From contig CM074511.1 in NCBI GenBank assembly GCA_037379345.1, positions 63,804,862 to 63,868,861 on the forward strand: DNA of 64,000 nt, read 5' to 3'. A program made the translations under genes and the position numbers. The notes under the pieces were generated by a model. The model was not told the DNA's origin, made no database searches, and saw only the letters and a list, made by a program, of their open reading frames with translations. Position 1 is the stretch's first letter. Each line of letters begins with the position of its first letter. Below are positions 12,326-27,300 of the stretch, piece by piece. This DNA comes from Perna viridis. Taxonomy: Eukaryota.

Positions 12326-12365
12326 TCAACTGTCTAGAACTATACCACTACTTTTTCTTTGTGTT
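12326..12365 (-). CDS. Terminal coding exon (KTQRKSSGIVLDS*)
   Basis: TTTTCTTTTCTTTATAG acceptor, phase 2 matches, TGA at 12326-12328. Confidence 0.75.
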
Positions 12366-15300
12366 CTATAAAGAAAAGAAAATTACTTTAGCATACTGTG
12401 TCACAAAATTTACCATGTTGTGTTTAAAGGTAAGAAATATAAGTATCTTTTATATTAAATCTGCCCAGGGCTCAGTACACAAGATTTTCATATGCAAAAC
12501 CCATATGAATAGTATATACTGTCAAACTGTTTCAATGATAAATATCTTGTGAATACCTGTTTTTCTGTGTTTGCTTAGTTTCTACATAATTACCAATTAT
12601 TTTTTAATATGGCATCATTTTGCTGATAGGCTTGAAATTATTCAATACTTCAATAAATTTATTCTGCATATTTTACCCAGTTTTAAAAAAATCATTTTAA
12701 ATCATGAAATTACACATTAAAGTCATCAAGTTCTATTCAAAAGAAAACATAATCAATAAACTTACTTGAGTTCTTCCTCTCGTTCTCTCATTTCCCTCAA
12801 TTCTTTTTCAATCTTCGATTCAGCATGCTGTCGTGTCTCACGGTAAGAGAATGCTGCGCCACCAGTTTTTAGTCTAAATTTAGGTTCCTCTTTATTAGGC
12901 TCTGGTGGACTAGTCACACTTTTTGTGTCTTTTGATTCGGTGTCACCGTTAACATTTTCTACTTGCGATTTCTCATTTACACTCTTACGAATGACAAAAT
13001 TTCTTTTGACTGGTCCTGACATTTTTTGTGGCACTTCATTGAATTTCATAGGTGTTTCAATATGCTCTTCAGATGTAGTGATTATTTTTCCTTCTTTTCT
13101 ATATGTATTTTCTCTTTCCTTCTGTTTTTGAAGTTCATTTTGAAGGCGAGAGGAGGCAAATTTTCTCATTGAATGTGTATCATTTGAATTATGAGAATAG
13201 CCTCTATAGTACGAAATTTCCTCATCATCAGAATCATGTTTTTTGTCTATAACCATTTCCTCTTTTTTAGTTTCCTCTAGTAAAGGCAAACCTTTCTGTG
13301 CTCTTAATTCATTCTCTCTTTCACGTGCTAGTCTTATTTCTCTTTCAATTGGTGTTTCCCGTTTTTCTACTTGTTTCTTGGGCTTATCACTACTATCTTG
13401 ACTAGAATTAACGGTACTGTACATTTGTTTGTGAATAGTTGGGGTTGGTGGTTTTTGTTGTTTTTGTACAGTGGGCGTGGTTGGGTTCTTGGCTACAGAT
13501 ACTTTTTGTTCTGGTTGTGGGGATTTCTGTGCATTCAATGACATCTGTTGAAGAGCATTACGTTGTTTTTGTAATTCCTCCTCTCTTTCCCGATGCTCAC
13601 GTAATTCACGAGCAATCAGACTTTCTCCCTCATGTTGAAAGGTTCCAATTGCTTCCTCATATGTCATCTGTTCACCATTTTCTTGGGGTTCTCCTTTCGC
13701 ATGCTGTCTATACAATTCCTCCTCACGTTCACGTTGAAGTCGGATTTCTTTGGCAATAGCAGTTTCATTGCTGTCACCCTCATAATCATCCTGAAAAGAG
13801 AAGTAAAAACATGAGATAACGATGATGTGAGCATTTAAATGATCAAACATATGGGTAAGATGTACATGTACTTTCTTCAAAATAATTCAGCAATATGTGG
13901 TCATAGAACTCCAAAAAATTGATATCTAGTTACAAATTGGTATATTGATTATCAGTTTTAAGTCAATATATAGCTGCATCCTATAACCAAATAAAATGTT
14001 ACAGAAGAAGGTGATACAAAAGTTTCTAAGCAAAATAATACAAAGCCTGTAGATGGCAAGTTGACAAAAATTTGGCAATATATATTTACAAATTTTCCTA
14101 CATTTTTAAGTTTAATCAGAAATTAATGAATAATGAAGAAAAATTGAGATTCTAAATATGCCATAATTTAATAATAATTGGATCAAAATATAATATGATG
14201 AAATAGTATCAATATAAGTTAGTTCACCTGGCAATCATTTTGATGAAAAATGTACAGGCAACTCTATAGGGATTTTCCCTGTATTTAAAAGCTTTCAAGA
14301 TAAAATTATACAGTAAGTTACCTTATTAGAAGAAGTTCCAAATATATTTTTACTCTCAAAAATAAGCATTTTTTACCTGGAATCGAAGAACCAGGTAGCG
14401 AATGACTCGACCAGACATAGGTAAAGCCCTTGTCACTTTATGTATTAATCATACACTGCAACAGCTTTCAAGCAATCAATACATAGCTTTCTTAGTAACA
14501 GTTTGTCAGTTGGTGTAACATTTTATTCATTCTAATTACGACACCCTAAAATTTTTAATGGAGGTAACGAAGCCTGGCAACCAATCTTACCTGTATGCAG
14601 TGATGGTTTGGTGCATACAGGTGTATATTTGTGATTGTTTGGTTTGTCTTCTTATTTTAAAAGTAGTTTGTCTTGTCTATTTTCTGTTAATTTATTTTAA
14701 TATCTTTTTGATAATGTTGCACTTTTAAAATTTATCATACTGGTATTTATAAATAAACTTTGGATGTCTGACTCTACCATTATCTGTGTTCTAGTAACTC
14801 CTACATACTGTTTGAGACTAATATACCATTACATAATTTTGTGGTTTGAATATACTTTTAAGACATTCCACTCCAATTATCAAAGGTTCCTGTTCGCAAA
14901 ACTTCATGAAAAATAAAATTTGGCTCTACTGTCATTTCTAGTAAATGTGGGTGAGTCCTACATATGCAGGGTGTCTCCTGATAGGGTTAGGTGAAAACTA
15001 TGACAGAAAGCCCTCTTCTGTTCAACTGGGATAACAATTTAATGTCCATGAGGTAATTTCTTCCTTGAAACTCAGAATAACTAAAGGTTAAAGCTTACGA
15101 TGAACAAGCTTGATAGTTGTTACTTTCCCAAAATAGTTTTTGGACTATTAGGCATACTAAATTCCTAAATTTGTTCTTAGGAAAATTCAAGCTCATTTTT
15201 CCATTCTCATTAGGATTCTACACAATTTCAAACGTCTTTCTTATACAGTCACAACTTGAGTGGAACCATTGTTTCCAGTGTTTGTGACTTAACATGTAAG

Positions 15301-18300
15301 AAAAAAAAATCACTCAAGTTTCATTGTTTCATGCAATAAGAATAAAATATCTACACATTGGCCTTTATGATCTATCAGAGTTCTGTAAAAACTTAACAAT
15401 TAGCTTTAAGTGGCCTAACTTATGTCAACCATTAATTATTAGAATTACTAGGTATACTTCTTTGAAATTTAAACACTTAAATGCCCACCATAATGGCTGA
15501 TCCTTGCATCAAGAAAAAGGATTAACAACTCTTTCAATGGAATGTTCAATATTAATCCAACTGCATTTAAATCTAGTGTAAGAAATTATTAAAAAGTTTC
15601 TATTCAAATCAAACAGGAAATGAATTTTACTGACTCATAAATATTTAAAAATACAGTTAATACAAAATCCTATTTTGATCAAGTTTATCCAGGCATGACA
15701 AAACATGGCATTTTTAGGAATAATATAATATGCAAAAGATTGGTTTAAAAGGTGGAAGTAAATTGCTAAGATAAAGAACAAATGGATCATCTTAACATTT
15801 ATTTTTAATGCTGCACATTTCAGAGGGTGTTGTTAGGACTAAACAAAGCACAGGTATATTAACCCTTCTGTGTGGAATTTTAACTCACTTTTAATTGGTC
15901 TACAATCCTAGGTGACCCAATACTTACTACCTTGAAAGTTGTTAAAATGTACACAGCCATACCCATGAAATATACAAGTAGATAACCCATCCTTAATACA
16001 AAGAGAACCCTGTCTACATGTAAGTGTTCTCTGACCTCCTATCAAATATTAATATATCACTGACACTATACAATAAAATTGGTAGTTTAGATGGGTGGAT
16101 ATAACAGTGACATAATCTACTAATATAAAAATGTATGGGCCGCTGAAAGGGTGTTAGGGGACATTATGGTAAAAAATGCTATAGATGTGAACCTATGATG
16201 TTGTAAAAGATAAGTGGCCTTCTTCTGATTTAGACATCAGAGTTAAAATTATGTTAAGCTCAATTGACAAGGTATTTTTCAAACATGGTCATGCATATAT
16301 TTCATTGTGGTGCTTAAATTTAGTTTGTGCTCTAATGGATTTTCTGAATAAAATAGTGCTCACAAAAGTCACTTTCAATTTTAATAATATTTAAGTTGAC
16401 ATTTTGTCAAAAGGCTGCAACTTCTGAGTAATTACACCAAAGAAGTTACTTGAAATGGTTTACTCCTACAGAACTTTCCTCCTATTAACAGTTTTAACAA
16501 ATTTTTTTCATCTTCTTTTTACCAAAATTTCTTTAAAATTGTTGTTTAATCAATCAGATGCCTGAGACAGATGTGTCTGAATGACTCAGCACTACCTCTA
16601 TTTTCCATCAAAATAGTGACAATTACATGTGTTTGGTCAAGTTAAACAACTACATGTACAAACCTCATTTGCATGTTCCTTCAGAGCTTTTTCTCGTTGT
16701 TCATTCTCTAATATTTCCTGTTTAATGATTGTTTCTCGCTTTTGGAGTTCAGATCCTCTGTCAGCTTCAGTCATTTCATGATACATTGTCTTAAATTCTT
16801 TATTATTATTATTGTTCTTATTCTCAAAGTTCTGTTTAGACTCGGCCTGTCTTTTCAGTAATTCCATTCTTTCTTCCTGTTCTTTACGTAACATTTCCTC
16901 TCGCTCATTGGCAAGACGAATCTCTCTATCTATGGCACTTTCATGGGCATAGGGGTCTGAATCAGTTTCTGACATTTTGTCTGGCGATTCTGGCCTTGTG
17001 GTTACAACAGGCTGTGGTATATTGTCTGATTTGTATGGTAACTTAACCTCCCAATGTTTTCCTGTGGAGGTCTTCTTTTTAGGAGACTGATTGGGTTCCT
17101 GACTTGTCGATCGGTAAAATGATTCCCACTGTCTACGAGTGGATGATAAATCAGCGATAGATTCCCTATCAACTATTTCAGACGTTTCTGCTTCTTGTGT
17201 AATGTTTTTACTGTATAAATCAACTTTGTCTGGTTTTTCTTCCCAGTTGATTCCAGCAACAGATTTGGAATTTTCACGCCATGAATCTGTTGACTTTTGG
17301 ACTTCTATAGTAGACTGACTGGGAGCTATAATAGAAGAATATCACATTAACCATCAAGTTTTACATATATACACTTTAAATATACAATATCAATTTAATG
17401 ATAACAAATCAATTAAAAACATTCCCACATAGTCACACCCTATACAAATACAGGACTACCCACATTACACATACTTTTTACTATATCATTGTTCCTTATC
17501 AATATCTTCAACTAAAACCTGGCTAGGTATATGATATCCCACAGTAAATATGGAAAGTTCTGACATGGGCATTCTCATGTCATTGTACTTAATCTGGGGA
17601 AGAAAAACTTTCAAAGAAGCCATTCTTTACTTGGTTTCAAACTATGTTGTATGGCAAGAAAAAGAATAACATTACAGGGTTGTCCCTGTATTCACTTACA
17701 GTTCTGATCTACTTCAAATCTGAGTCATTATAAGTGCTGTATTCCATGTTGATTTATATCTTCAAATTTTCAAATTTTGATGATACAAGAAAATAAACTT
17801 CCTCATACTTTTGTACTAGAATTACATACAATAGTACACATTTCATAACATTAACACCGAAGAACCAATCAAGATTCAATACCCCCTAGAAAAAATTAGA
17901 ATGACAAGGAATCCTGTCCTACCTCTACAAAAGTTTAATCCACTAGTTAAAATATCCCAAGACAGTTCAATTGTGGAGAAAAATAGCCTACTGTTAGCTT
18001 TGGGAAAGATCCAAACCCTAACTTTACATATGCCATATTTGACTTATACATGTAATATTCATAAGGCTTGATTAAATATTTATATCAAAAGACATCAGTC
18101 AATATTTTACCTTGGTCAGGTGCAAATCCAGGTGAGATACAGGTAGACATTACCTGAATTGTCCTGCATAGGAGTGAGAAGATAGTGTTGTTAGGTGGAT
18201 TTTATACCTTTTTACCTACAGACTGACGAGGATCAGACATTAAAAAATTTACCTGCTGTATTTGAATTAAATAGTCACATGACCAACGTGTAAATCTCAC

Positions 18301-21300
18301 GATAATAAGAATCATATATTCTATTCACTTAAGGGAAAATTAAACAACACTGCACAATACATGTACTTAAATTGTTTAAGAAAAGTTAAATTCTCCACTC
18401 TTATTTAGTATGTGTAAGCTAGAAATACAAAATCACTGATATATCAAAACAACCTTCAGAATATCAAAGTTCTGATAGTATTATACCAAGTTAAATCGAT
18501 AAAATTGATAATAGAAGACAATAACCTCAATAGTTTCAATAGTATTATTTCTCAGGTGTGACAAACTAAGTAGGATTTACTGCTTACTGAAATGAGAGAA
18601 TGTCACCAAGCTTATACTAGAGAAAGGTATGGCATTGGAAATAATGTATATTCATTGTTGACGGGAAGGAAATGCATGTCTGCTATAAAATGTTAGACAT
18701 TGTAAGGTATTGTAATGAGTAGGCCAATTTGTCAAAAAGCTGTCATAAGTTTTGTGGTATTCTTCAACACTTTTATAATGACACACCAAAATTTTAGGTA
18801 ATTTCTTGTTGGTTATTCAATAAATTTATTGACAATTATAGTTGTAAACTATAGAAATAAGGAAAGGAAATTTGTTATAATTTCCCTTATGCATCATAGT
18901 TGGGTAACCAATTTGTAATTATTTTAAATTTTAACAGTCAGAATTACTTAATGACTGACATGATCTTCCAGTAAGGAAAAGTAACTATGCCCCAGAGCTG
19001 CTACCAGATAAAGTCAAATTCACATAAACAATCAGTTTATCAGAGAGGAAATATATGTTCTCTATTGTCCCTAGGGAGCACATGTCTCGTTACTGCCACA
19101 GATTATAAACCAGTATTATCATTTGTGTGCTAAAATGATTTTTATGGATTTTATATTATTCTGTCATTAGCTATTTATATATTCAATATGATTTAATCTT
19201 AGAAAAATATATAGCCAAGAAAAGACAAGCAAAAAATCTGGCAACAGTTAAAAAAACAAAAAAGAATATCAATGCCCTGAAGATGATGGACTATTGTTAG
19301 AAAATAGTATAATTGTAGTCATTTAGAATTAACAAGGTGTTGATTTGTTGTTTTTTGTCAAATGATTGTTAACATGTTTGCTAAAGGCTGTATATAAACA
19401 TACTATGTATCCTGCCCTAACCACAATGTCGCAGAAGTTAAGATCTGTATAATTTTCCTACTTTACCTTTTTTTCTATCTTTTTTTCATCTTTTTTTTGT
19501 AAAAAAAATTATTATTTTCAGTTTCGTTTACTAAATATTAAAAGCATCTACTTGTAAATTGTATATCATGCAAACCAAAATCCAAAATGAAGGTTAAACT
19601 GTGTGTAATATCAGAACCATACAATGTACAACAGATACTTCAATATTACAATGACATGTACGATGTTTTTACTTTCCAGTTACAATTTCTAAAAGGAGTT
19701 CTGAACCAACCACAACAGTACTGGTATGGTTGTATATGTACTAGATGTAATTAATGCATACAGAATTAGCTCAAAACCTTACCATAATCATTAGAAGAAA
19801 CTCTCAAAACCAAAACGGCACTAGAGGAATAAACTGGACTATCTGCCATCTCCCAATATCACAAATATCAACCGATCCAACTATGTAATAAAGACTATCC
19901 CATGTTTGAATCCTTATCCCTGAGTCAGAAGATGATATCAGTAAAGCCACTATGTTTTCAAGGAATGTCTTAAGCCTGCCATTAACCACTATCTATAGAA
20001 CTGAAGCAGCTGAGTCTTGTAGAAGAACAAGAAGTAGTGAAAGCCCACGTTTTCCTTAGATATTAACAAGATAAACTTTGACAGGTGTTTTACAACCAAA
20101 TTCCTGATGTTTCACCTGTAAAACCCCCTAAAGGCTAGACCAAACCCTCGTACAACTTCCTAAGAAACACAGAATATCATGTCAGATAAAATGTATAGTA
20201 CTAACCAAATATTTCTCAAGACATTGTAAATTATACTGTCTACTCCTAGTTATTATGTCATGTAGAGTTTTTTCTCATGCTTGATTTGAATTGTCAAGTG
20301 CTGATAAAATAAATTCAATTTCAAGACTGAAATTCCAAATGTTTCAGTTACATTTCAAATTTAATTTCACTAATAAAACAGTAAGTAGCAACTGGTACTA
20401 GAAACTAGTATGTTAAAAGTCTGCTTAAGCTTTTAATGTTGTTAAAGAAACATAATAACTCATGATTGGTTAAATTGTTATCAGGATATGAAAATTTATC
20501 AAAGATCTTCTAAATGGATTTCATTGTGTCAAACATTTCAGTTACATGATAATATCTGTAACTACTGCAACTATAGTATACATAAATTATGATGAGGTAC
20601 CAGTCAATCCTATAAAATCCTCACAGAAACAAGTATACTCAAAATAGTTTGATACTGAAATACATGAAAAATTGAAATCCCTGATATCTTAACCCCAAAT
20701 CCAACACTTGGTCATTGAAATAACCACATACTATACTATCTTAATCCTTTAATACAGTAACAATGCAATAAAAATAAGCTAACAGGCTGTTGAAAAGATG
20801 GGCAACTGGTTCTCCTGGTTTATCTGATAACCAGTTATAAAATGTTATGTGACATAAAAGGTCCTACAGATTTAGTTTGATGGCAACTATACTGCAGCAT
20901 GAAAAATCCTAAAGTAAACAATACTATAACAAAAACATATTCATCATGAGCCAAGGATAAAGATTATGTCAAACAATCTAGGCCAACAAAAATCTCTATC
21001 TCCAAGGAAAGATAGCATTGAATGGATCAAGTTGATGTAATGCTTTTCTAAATAAAGTAGCATTACATTAACCTTTAACCTCAGAACTTCAGCTTGCAAC
21101 CAATGGAAGCAGCTAATTTTACCTGCAAGCAGATGTGCGAGTAATTTTGCTTTCCTGTAACCTTAATTTTTCATTTAATTCCAAAGAACAGATCAAGGAT
21201 AAAAGACTATGTATCAATCATTAATTCATTCAAATCTTGCACCACAAAATCTCATACATGTATCATCAATCAACATGCACTGGTTACCTTAAAAACATAC

Positions 21301-24300
21301 TGATTCAGAGCACTTGATAGTCTGGCATTACAAGAAAGAAGACATATTACATGTAAATTTGTACATGATTTAGAAAATACGAGAAAACAACTTACATGTG
21401 ATATTTTCTGTCTCAAAATGAATCAAAAGAAGCTGAACTTATCAAAAGAGCAAACAGAAAAGGTCATGCAAAGGTTATAAACGACCCTTTAATATTCTCG
21501 TTTGAAGATTTTATAGACATTAATCTTTTTGTTTTAAATAGAACGACAAAAATGACAAAAACTGACAAAAATGTACGTGAATGTCTCAATAGTCATTCCG
21601 TCCAACAGGAAAAAGGACTGTATAAAACCTAGACACAGAGGTATGGACCCAGGCGTGGTGGCTATGATGTTTACTTTAAGTGGTAAACTTTGCATCAACT
21701 TGTCTTCTAACTTTCTCATTTTAGTGTATTTACCAGTTCTAGTGCAAAAATAAAATACATTTCATACCAGAAGTTGTGTCTCTAAGAAGATTGTAATATT
21801 CAACAAGAGAAAGACAAATACTGATAAGAATGCATGATCTTAGATAGGTTCTCAAGAATGATTCTGTATCAAATTAAAGAAAAATTGAAGTTAAAAAGGT
21901 TTCTGCAGACAATTTGTAGAATGCTCATATACAGACACATAGTGGGTTGTGCCATGAAAATAAAGTTGAAAAAATCTTTATTGATTGGATTTAATTTGAA
22001 TTCATATCCAGAAAAATAATACAGGAAGCCTGAAAATCGATCTTCTTTGGGGAAAACAAAACAATCCATAGCACATATGGCTTCAAGAAATCTTTTAAAC
22101 AATGCTCATAAAAAAGAAACATGAAAGCTTATTAAAAATAGGATAACCTTTATATCAAGGTGTTGTGTGATGAAGAATTAAAATCTCTTAAACTTATCAA
22201 TAAAACAAGAAAGTATCAATGACCATACACTGTAAAATAGTCAGGATGTCTGCTTTATTAAACAAAGCATTATATATTACAGTACCTGGTCGAGAGAACA
22301 TATTATAAAACATTGTTTGATCCTTAACACAGGTTCAACAAGCTCCCAGAGTTAGTTCAAATTTTAAATGTTCATCAAAATAAGACTTCTTCACACAGCT
22401 GAATGAAATTGCATTCCAAGAAAGATCCTTCAGCATTAACTAAAAATGTGTTCACATACAATATAAAAGCTCCAAACATAAATTGTAAGACCTAATTCCA
22501 TTCGGAGGATGAACAGATCCAAGGAATAAACATTTTTTAGGGTTGTTTTCAAGCAACTCTAAATAAACCTCAGTTCAATCAAAAATCTTGATAGCTTGAA
22601 TATGTCACATTATTGTCCACTGAGGTGCCACATAAATCTGGTCAGACCTTATAACTTAAACACCCCTATTTTTTAATTGTCAATCAATATAATATGTTTC
22701 ATCTTTACATTAAGGACCATTATTCATATGTTTAGATTGTGAAACAGATGTTGTAATATGATTGTAAATAATCAATGTCTATAGGGTAAAATAAATAAAA
22801 AATATATTTGTAGATGATCATTATATCAAGTTATTGGTGAAATCATATTTAAATATCTATTTGCAGACAAATGAATTCATCTACAACTGGAAATTTGTCA
22901 GTTGTTTGTATAAGCTGTCTAAAAATTAACATAGAATAGTAATTAATAGAAGTTCAATATTGACTAACAGCCTTGATGTATGAGGAAAACTCACAGTAAT
23001 GGCTTCCATGGCCATTGATACATAAAATAATTTCTTGAAACATTTGGCAATTTACACAATATCCTTCTACAAAGTACCAAACCAATTAACTCAAGGCAAC
23101 ATCAAATGTAGGATATAACAAGGAATATAAAATGTAGAGGAGGCCTTGCTGTTTTCTTTGAGCAATAAGGACATGGGATATATAAGTCTAAAATGTGACA
23201 GCAAAGCAACAGCATTCAAATCATAGATTTGCGTTCAATATGCAAACCTAAAATAACTATTTTATTATGAGCTTCACATATGGAATTAGTTGATTAGTGT
23301 TTCCAACAAAACTAAATTCTCTTAATGTTATATTTTCTCAACAGCATGCAAATCAAGCAATAAAGCTATGAAATATGTCTATTTCTAAAAGTAAATCAAT
23401 CTATTAGAATAGTGAAAAGTTCTTTTTTAGCACTCATAGTATTATTTTTTGCCTGACATAAGCACATGAAGGCCTGCATGTATCATAAAATGTGAAAGTG
23501 TGACATGTGCTGACATTGCAAATGTATGGGAATATAGCAACAGGAAAATATCTTACTCGAATCAATGTTGGAGTCACTGCCTTCTTCTGTAATAAGAAAT
23601 CATGTTTTAAAGTATATATATCAGCATTAAATAAACTTGTTCCTTTAATTCAAATACTTTGTGTTCTAATATAATGTGGCATACAATCTGTATACCCTGA
23701 GTATGTTCTGTTAAACATGTAAGTGTATATGTTATATATGTATTCAAACTCCAATGCAGATAGTTCTTAAGTTGGACCCTAAGATTTTATTTTATCTTAA
23801 TGCAATTATTGAAATTTTGGCTATTGGCTACCATTCTACTATAGGCATTTAAATTAATGGATATAAGTTTGCATGAATTATTAGAAAATCATGAGGTTGT
23901 ATAGACTTCATTTAGGTATCAAAGTTATCAATAGAAACTTTACATGGTAGTTTGGACTATCAGTTAGGAATAAGACATGAATCAGGACTAATCAAATTTT
24001 ACCATTCTATACCTATAGTTCTCAGGTGTGTATACTAATTACTATTCTTCCCTTATTATCTAGTTATTACACTGTTATCTATTGAATATTTAATACCCAA
24101 TCTGTCAAGATCTTTGCCAAACATGCACATGTCTACTTATACTAGAGTTATCGTACTGTACATGTCTCAGAATAAACCTATTAATGATCATAGGTTGTAT
24201 ATACAGAGTGTATATAAATATAGATAGGGTGTCAAACAAGGGCCAAATCTAACTGATTCAGTGGTGATCCTAGTCAACATTAGAGATAGGTGTCAAAATC

Positions 24301-27300
24301 TAAATTATTTACAAGTAGTTCATATCAATAATATTCTTAATGGTGGAGAGAGTACAGGCTAGTAGCTACTAACTATAGAACAGATTAAAAGTTGGTCAAA
24401 AGATGGTTTTGCATGAAACTCCCAAACCTTGATTGAAACCTGGTTGTATAGGTGATCAGATGCCCCAAACCTTGGTTGAAACCTGATGGATAGGTGATCA
24501 GATGCATAAAACTTGTTCCAGTTATCCACAGGTTTTGGCCCATTTCAACAATCAGTTAGCCTTTTGACAAATAAATTTATTTCATTTCTAACCTTGTTCG
24601 AATGATTTTGCATTTTTTTGCACAGACAGAGACAAGATCATTGCATGGGATGAATTAGAAAACTTTTGTAGTCCTGATGAATATGTGTTGAAATATGTAA
24701 AAGAAAAAAAAAACAGGATAAAATGGGTGTCATGACTTCCAAATATCATTCTCCTTTGGTGCTACAAAAATCTTAATGAAATACCTGGCTCCACCCAGTT
24801 AATCCATATTTTAGTAAAACTATCTTAACATTTTGATCAACACCTACATGTACACATGCAATATTGATTTTAGCAGCAACCTAGATTGAAGTAACTAAAA
24901 TCAATATTTCAATTATGTAATATATTATTTAAATTTTAACAATTTTAAATCTTGGGAAATATTGTACGTCAATTTGTTTTGGCTAATGGAAATTGTCTCA
25001 CCTGGCAGCTGAACACGGTAAATCCAGACCATTTTGGAATTTGCACCTCGAAAATCACCTCAAATCCTTGACGTTATTTCAAATAACCCAAAAATAGATG
25101 ATAACACAACATTTTAACAATTACTTTCACCCCCATCAATAGCCTAAATATTTGGCTAATACAGGGTATCTAATTATATGACTAAAATGTTATTATCTCT
25201 TAACTATCACGCGACGGGTTCAAATCAGTCCCTAGACAATTCCTTATATGTAACAAAATTATCTGAATTTAAACAATGTACTTCCAATTCCTAATTTAGA
25301 TTTTATCAAAACTATGAGAGTAAATATTATTTCAAATGTTATTTTTTAAATTTTACCTTTACAAATAGTGATTATTTCCCTGTTTATTTCTGTTGATTAA
25401 GGGTGGAAATGAAAGTCAGATACTATATATAGAAAATGAGACATAATTATCACAATCAAAATATTTTTGTTACACAGAATTATGTTGGGAAAAACTTGTT
25501 TATCTTCAAATCAATAAAAGTAAAATATACAAATAGGATCCATGGCTAGAAAGGGTTTGTACATGCAGGTATGACATTTGTACATGTATTATGATAAAGA
25601 GTTATTTGCATGTCTGCATAGACACTTTTAAGATTTGAAAAATTAGGATATTGTTTACCTTGGGTTCAGGATCATCTATATGTCACTATCTTTGATAGGG
25701 GCCAGTAGTTGATTACACAAATAGTCCTTGGTGTAAACTTGACCAAAATAATGATGTCATAATACAAAACAATATAGTAGCTGCTTTACTTACATTAAAA
25801 AATGAAATTTTGTGAAATTTGATCTATATATCGAATTAGAAAAAAAATTGTGAGCAAAGATCAATAAAGTAAAAAACAGAAAACAAATGGTTAAAGTATA
25901 CACAAAGTAGTCAAACATAAAGTTGATGCTGTTTGAGTCTGAAATGACATCCTTCAAGATGGCATACCTATACAAAGCTTCTGTCAAAAAAATTAAATAG
26001 CTGTAACTAGTAGTTAAAGAAGATGTTCAGACATGATCTCTTAAAAATAATGTATACTGTCTGCTTTCAATGCTGAGGTATAAAAATGTCTACATCAATC
26101 ACAGGCTTAATAATAGCCAAATAATTTACTAGTATTGTATATCAATTGAAATAAGAAAACTGACTATACATGTGTGCTGCTTACACAATAAGTTCACTTT
26201 GATGGTTGAAAAAAAAACAACTATGTTCTTCAACTCAAGTTTATGTTAAAAATTGTTAGAATTATTCAAATTGTATGAGTTGCATATCAAAACAAAGAAA
26301 AATGGATGCAGGTTCAATGTAATACTTAAAAAAAGACAAAATGGTTGTGAGAATAGAATGGCTCTAATGTGTTCGTATTGTTTAGAAATTCTTTGTACAT
26401 CAAATTACACAAACTGCATTGAAACATGAACAAAATTTCTCAAAAGTATGGTATTCAGCCTACCTATTCATAGGGTTTTGTCTCCCATAGTAAACAACAA
26501 ATATTAACAAACCCAATTCACAACTGACTGACCTTGTATAGAATTCAACCTATTACAATACTTACCAAAACAGGTCCTTTATTTCTTGTGTCCAGAAATA
26601 ACATACAATGATTTTTACATCAATAATAAGAGCTGTTTTCACATTATCACAAATAAAGATTTGTACAAGGACTAGCCTTAAGGGAATGCCATCCTTTAAT
26701 CTAGCCAAATCTTTATTTAAATCAAGTTGTCCCTTTGTACAAAACTATTCATGATTGGATTTTTGAAGTAATTATTACACAAGATATTGTTTGATAAAAG
26801 GCACTATGCTATAGATATTGACTGATTAGGGATCCACGATATCAGATTGTGGACCTCCTTCAACTAGACTCAAAATTTAACCTTGAACTCACTTTAAGTA
26901 ATGACTCATATGAAATATCTAGAAATTAATTTAGAATTCTTTATTTATTCAATTTTAAACCAATTATGAAACTATTATCAAACCTTTAAATAATGTTAAA
27001 GGTTAAAGTTCAGTATGGCATGAAACCAATACACTGTTAATACAAAACTCTAGAGAAAACTTAGCAAATAAAATCTTTTTTGAAAGTCTTGATTAATCAA
27101 ATTTCTTTTCATGGAATTTTAAACAGTTAAACTCACCAAGACTTTGAAATTTTTCAATATAACTTAGATGTAAAAATTTGAATTTTCTACATCGGCTTCC
27201 ATACTGGTACACCATTGTTGATGTTTTCTTAACAACTCTTAAAATATTATATTTTACTTTTAATTTCAATTTTATACAGTTTTATCTCACTTCTGCATGT

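Noticed and set aside
24672-24700. CTGATGA...GAAA resembling a minimal hammerhead core
   Set aside because: No convincing stem II, stem III or NUH cleavage triplet.
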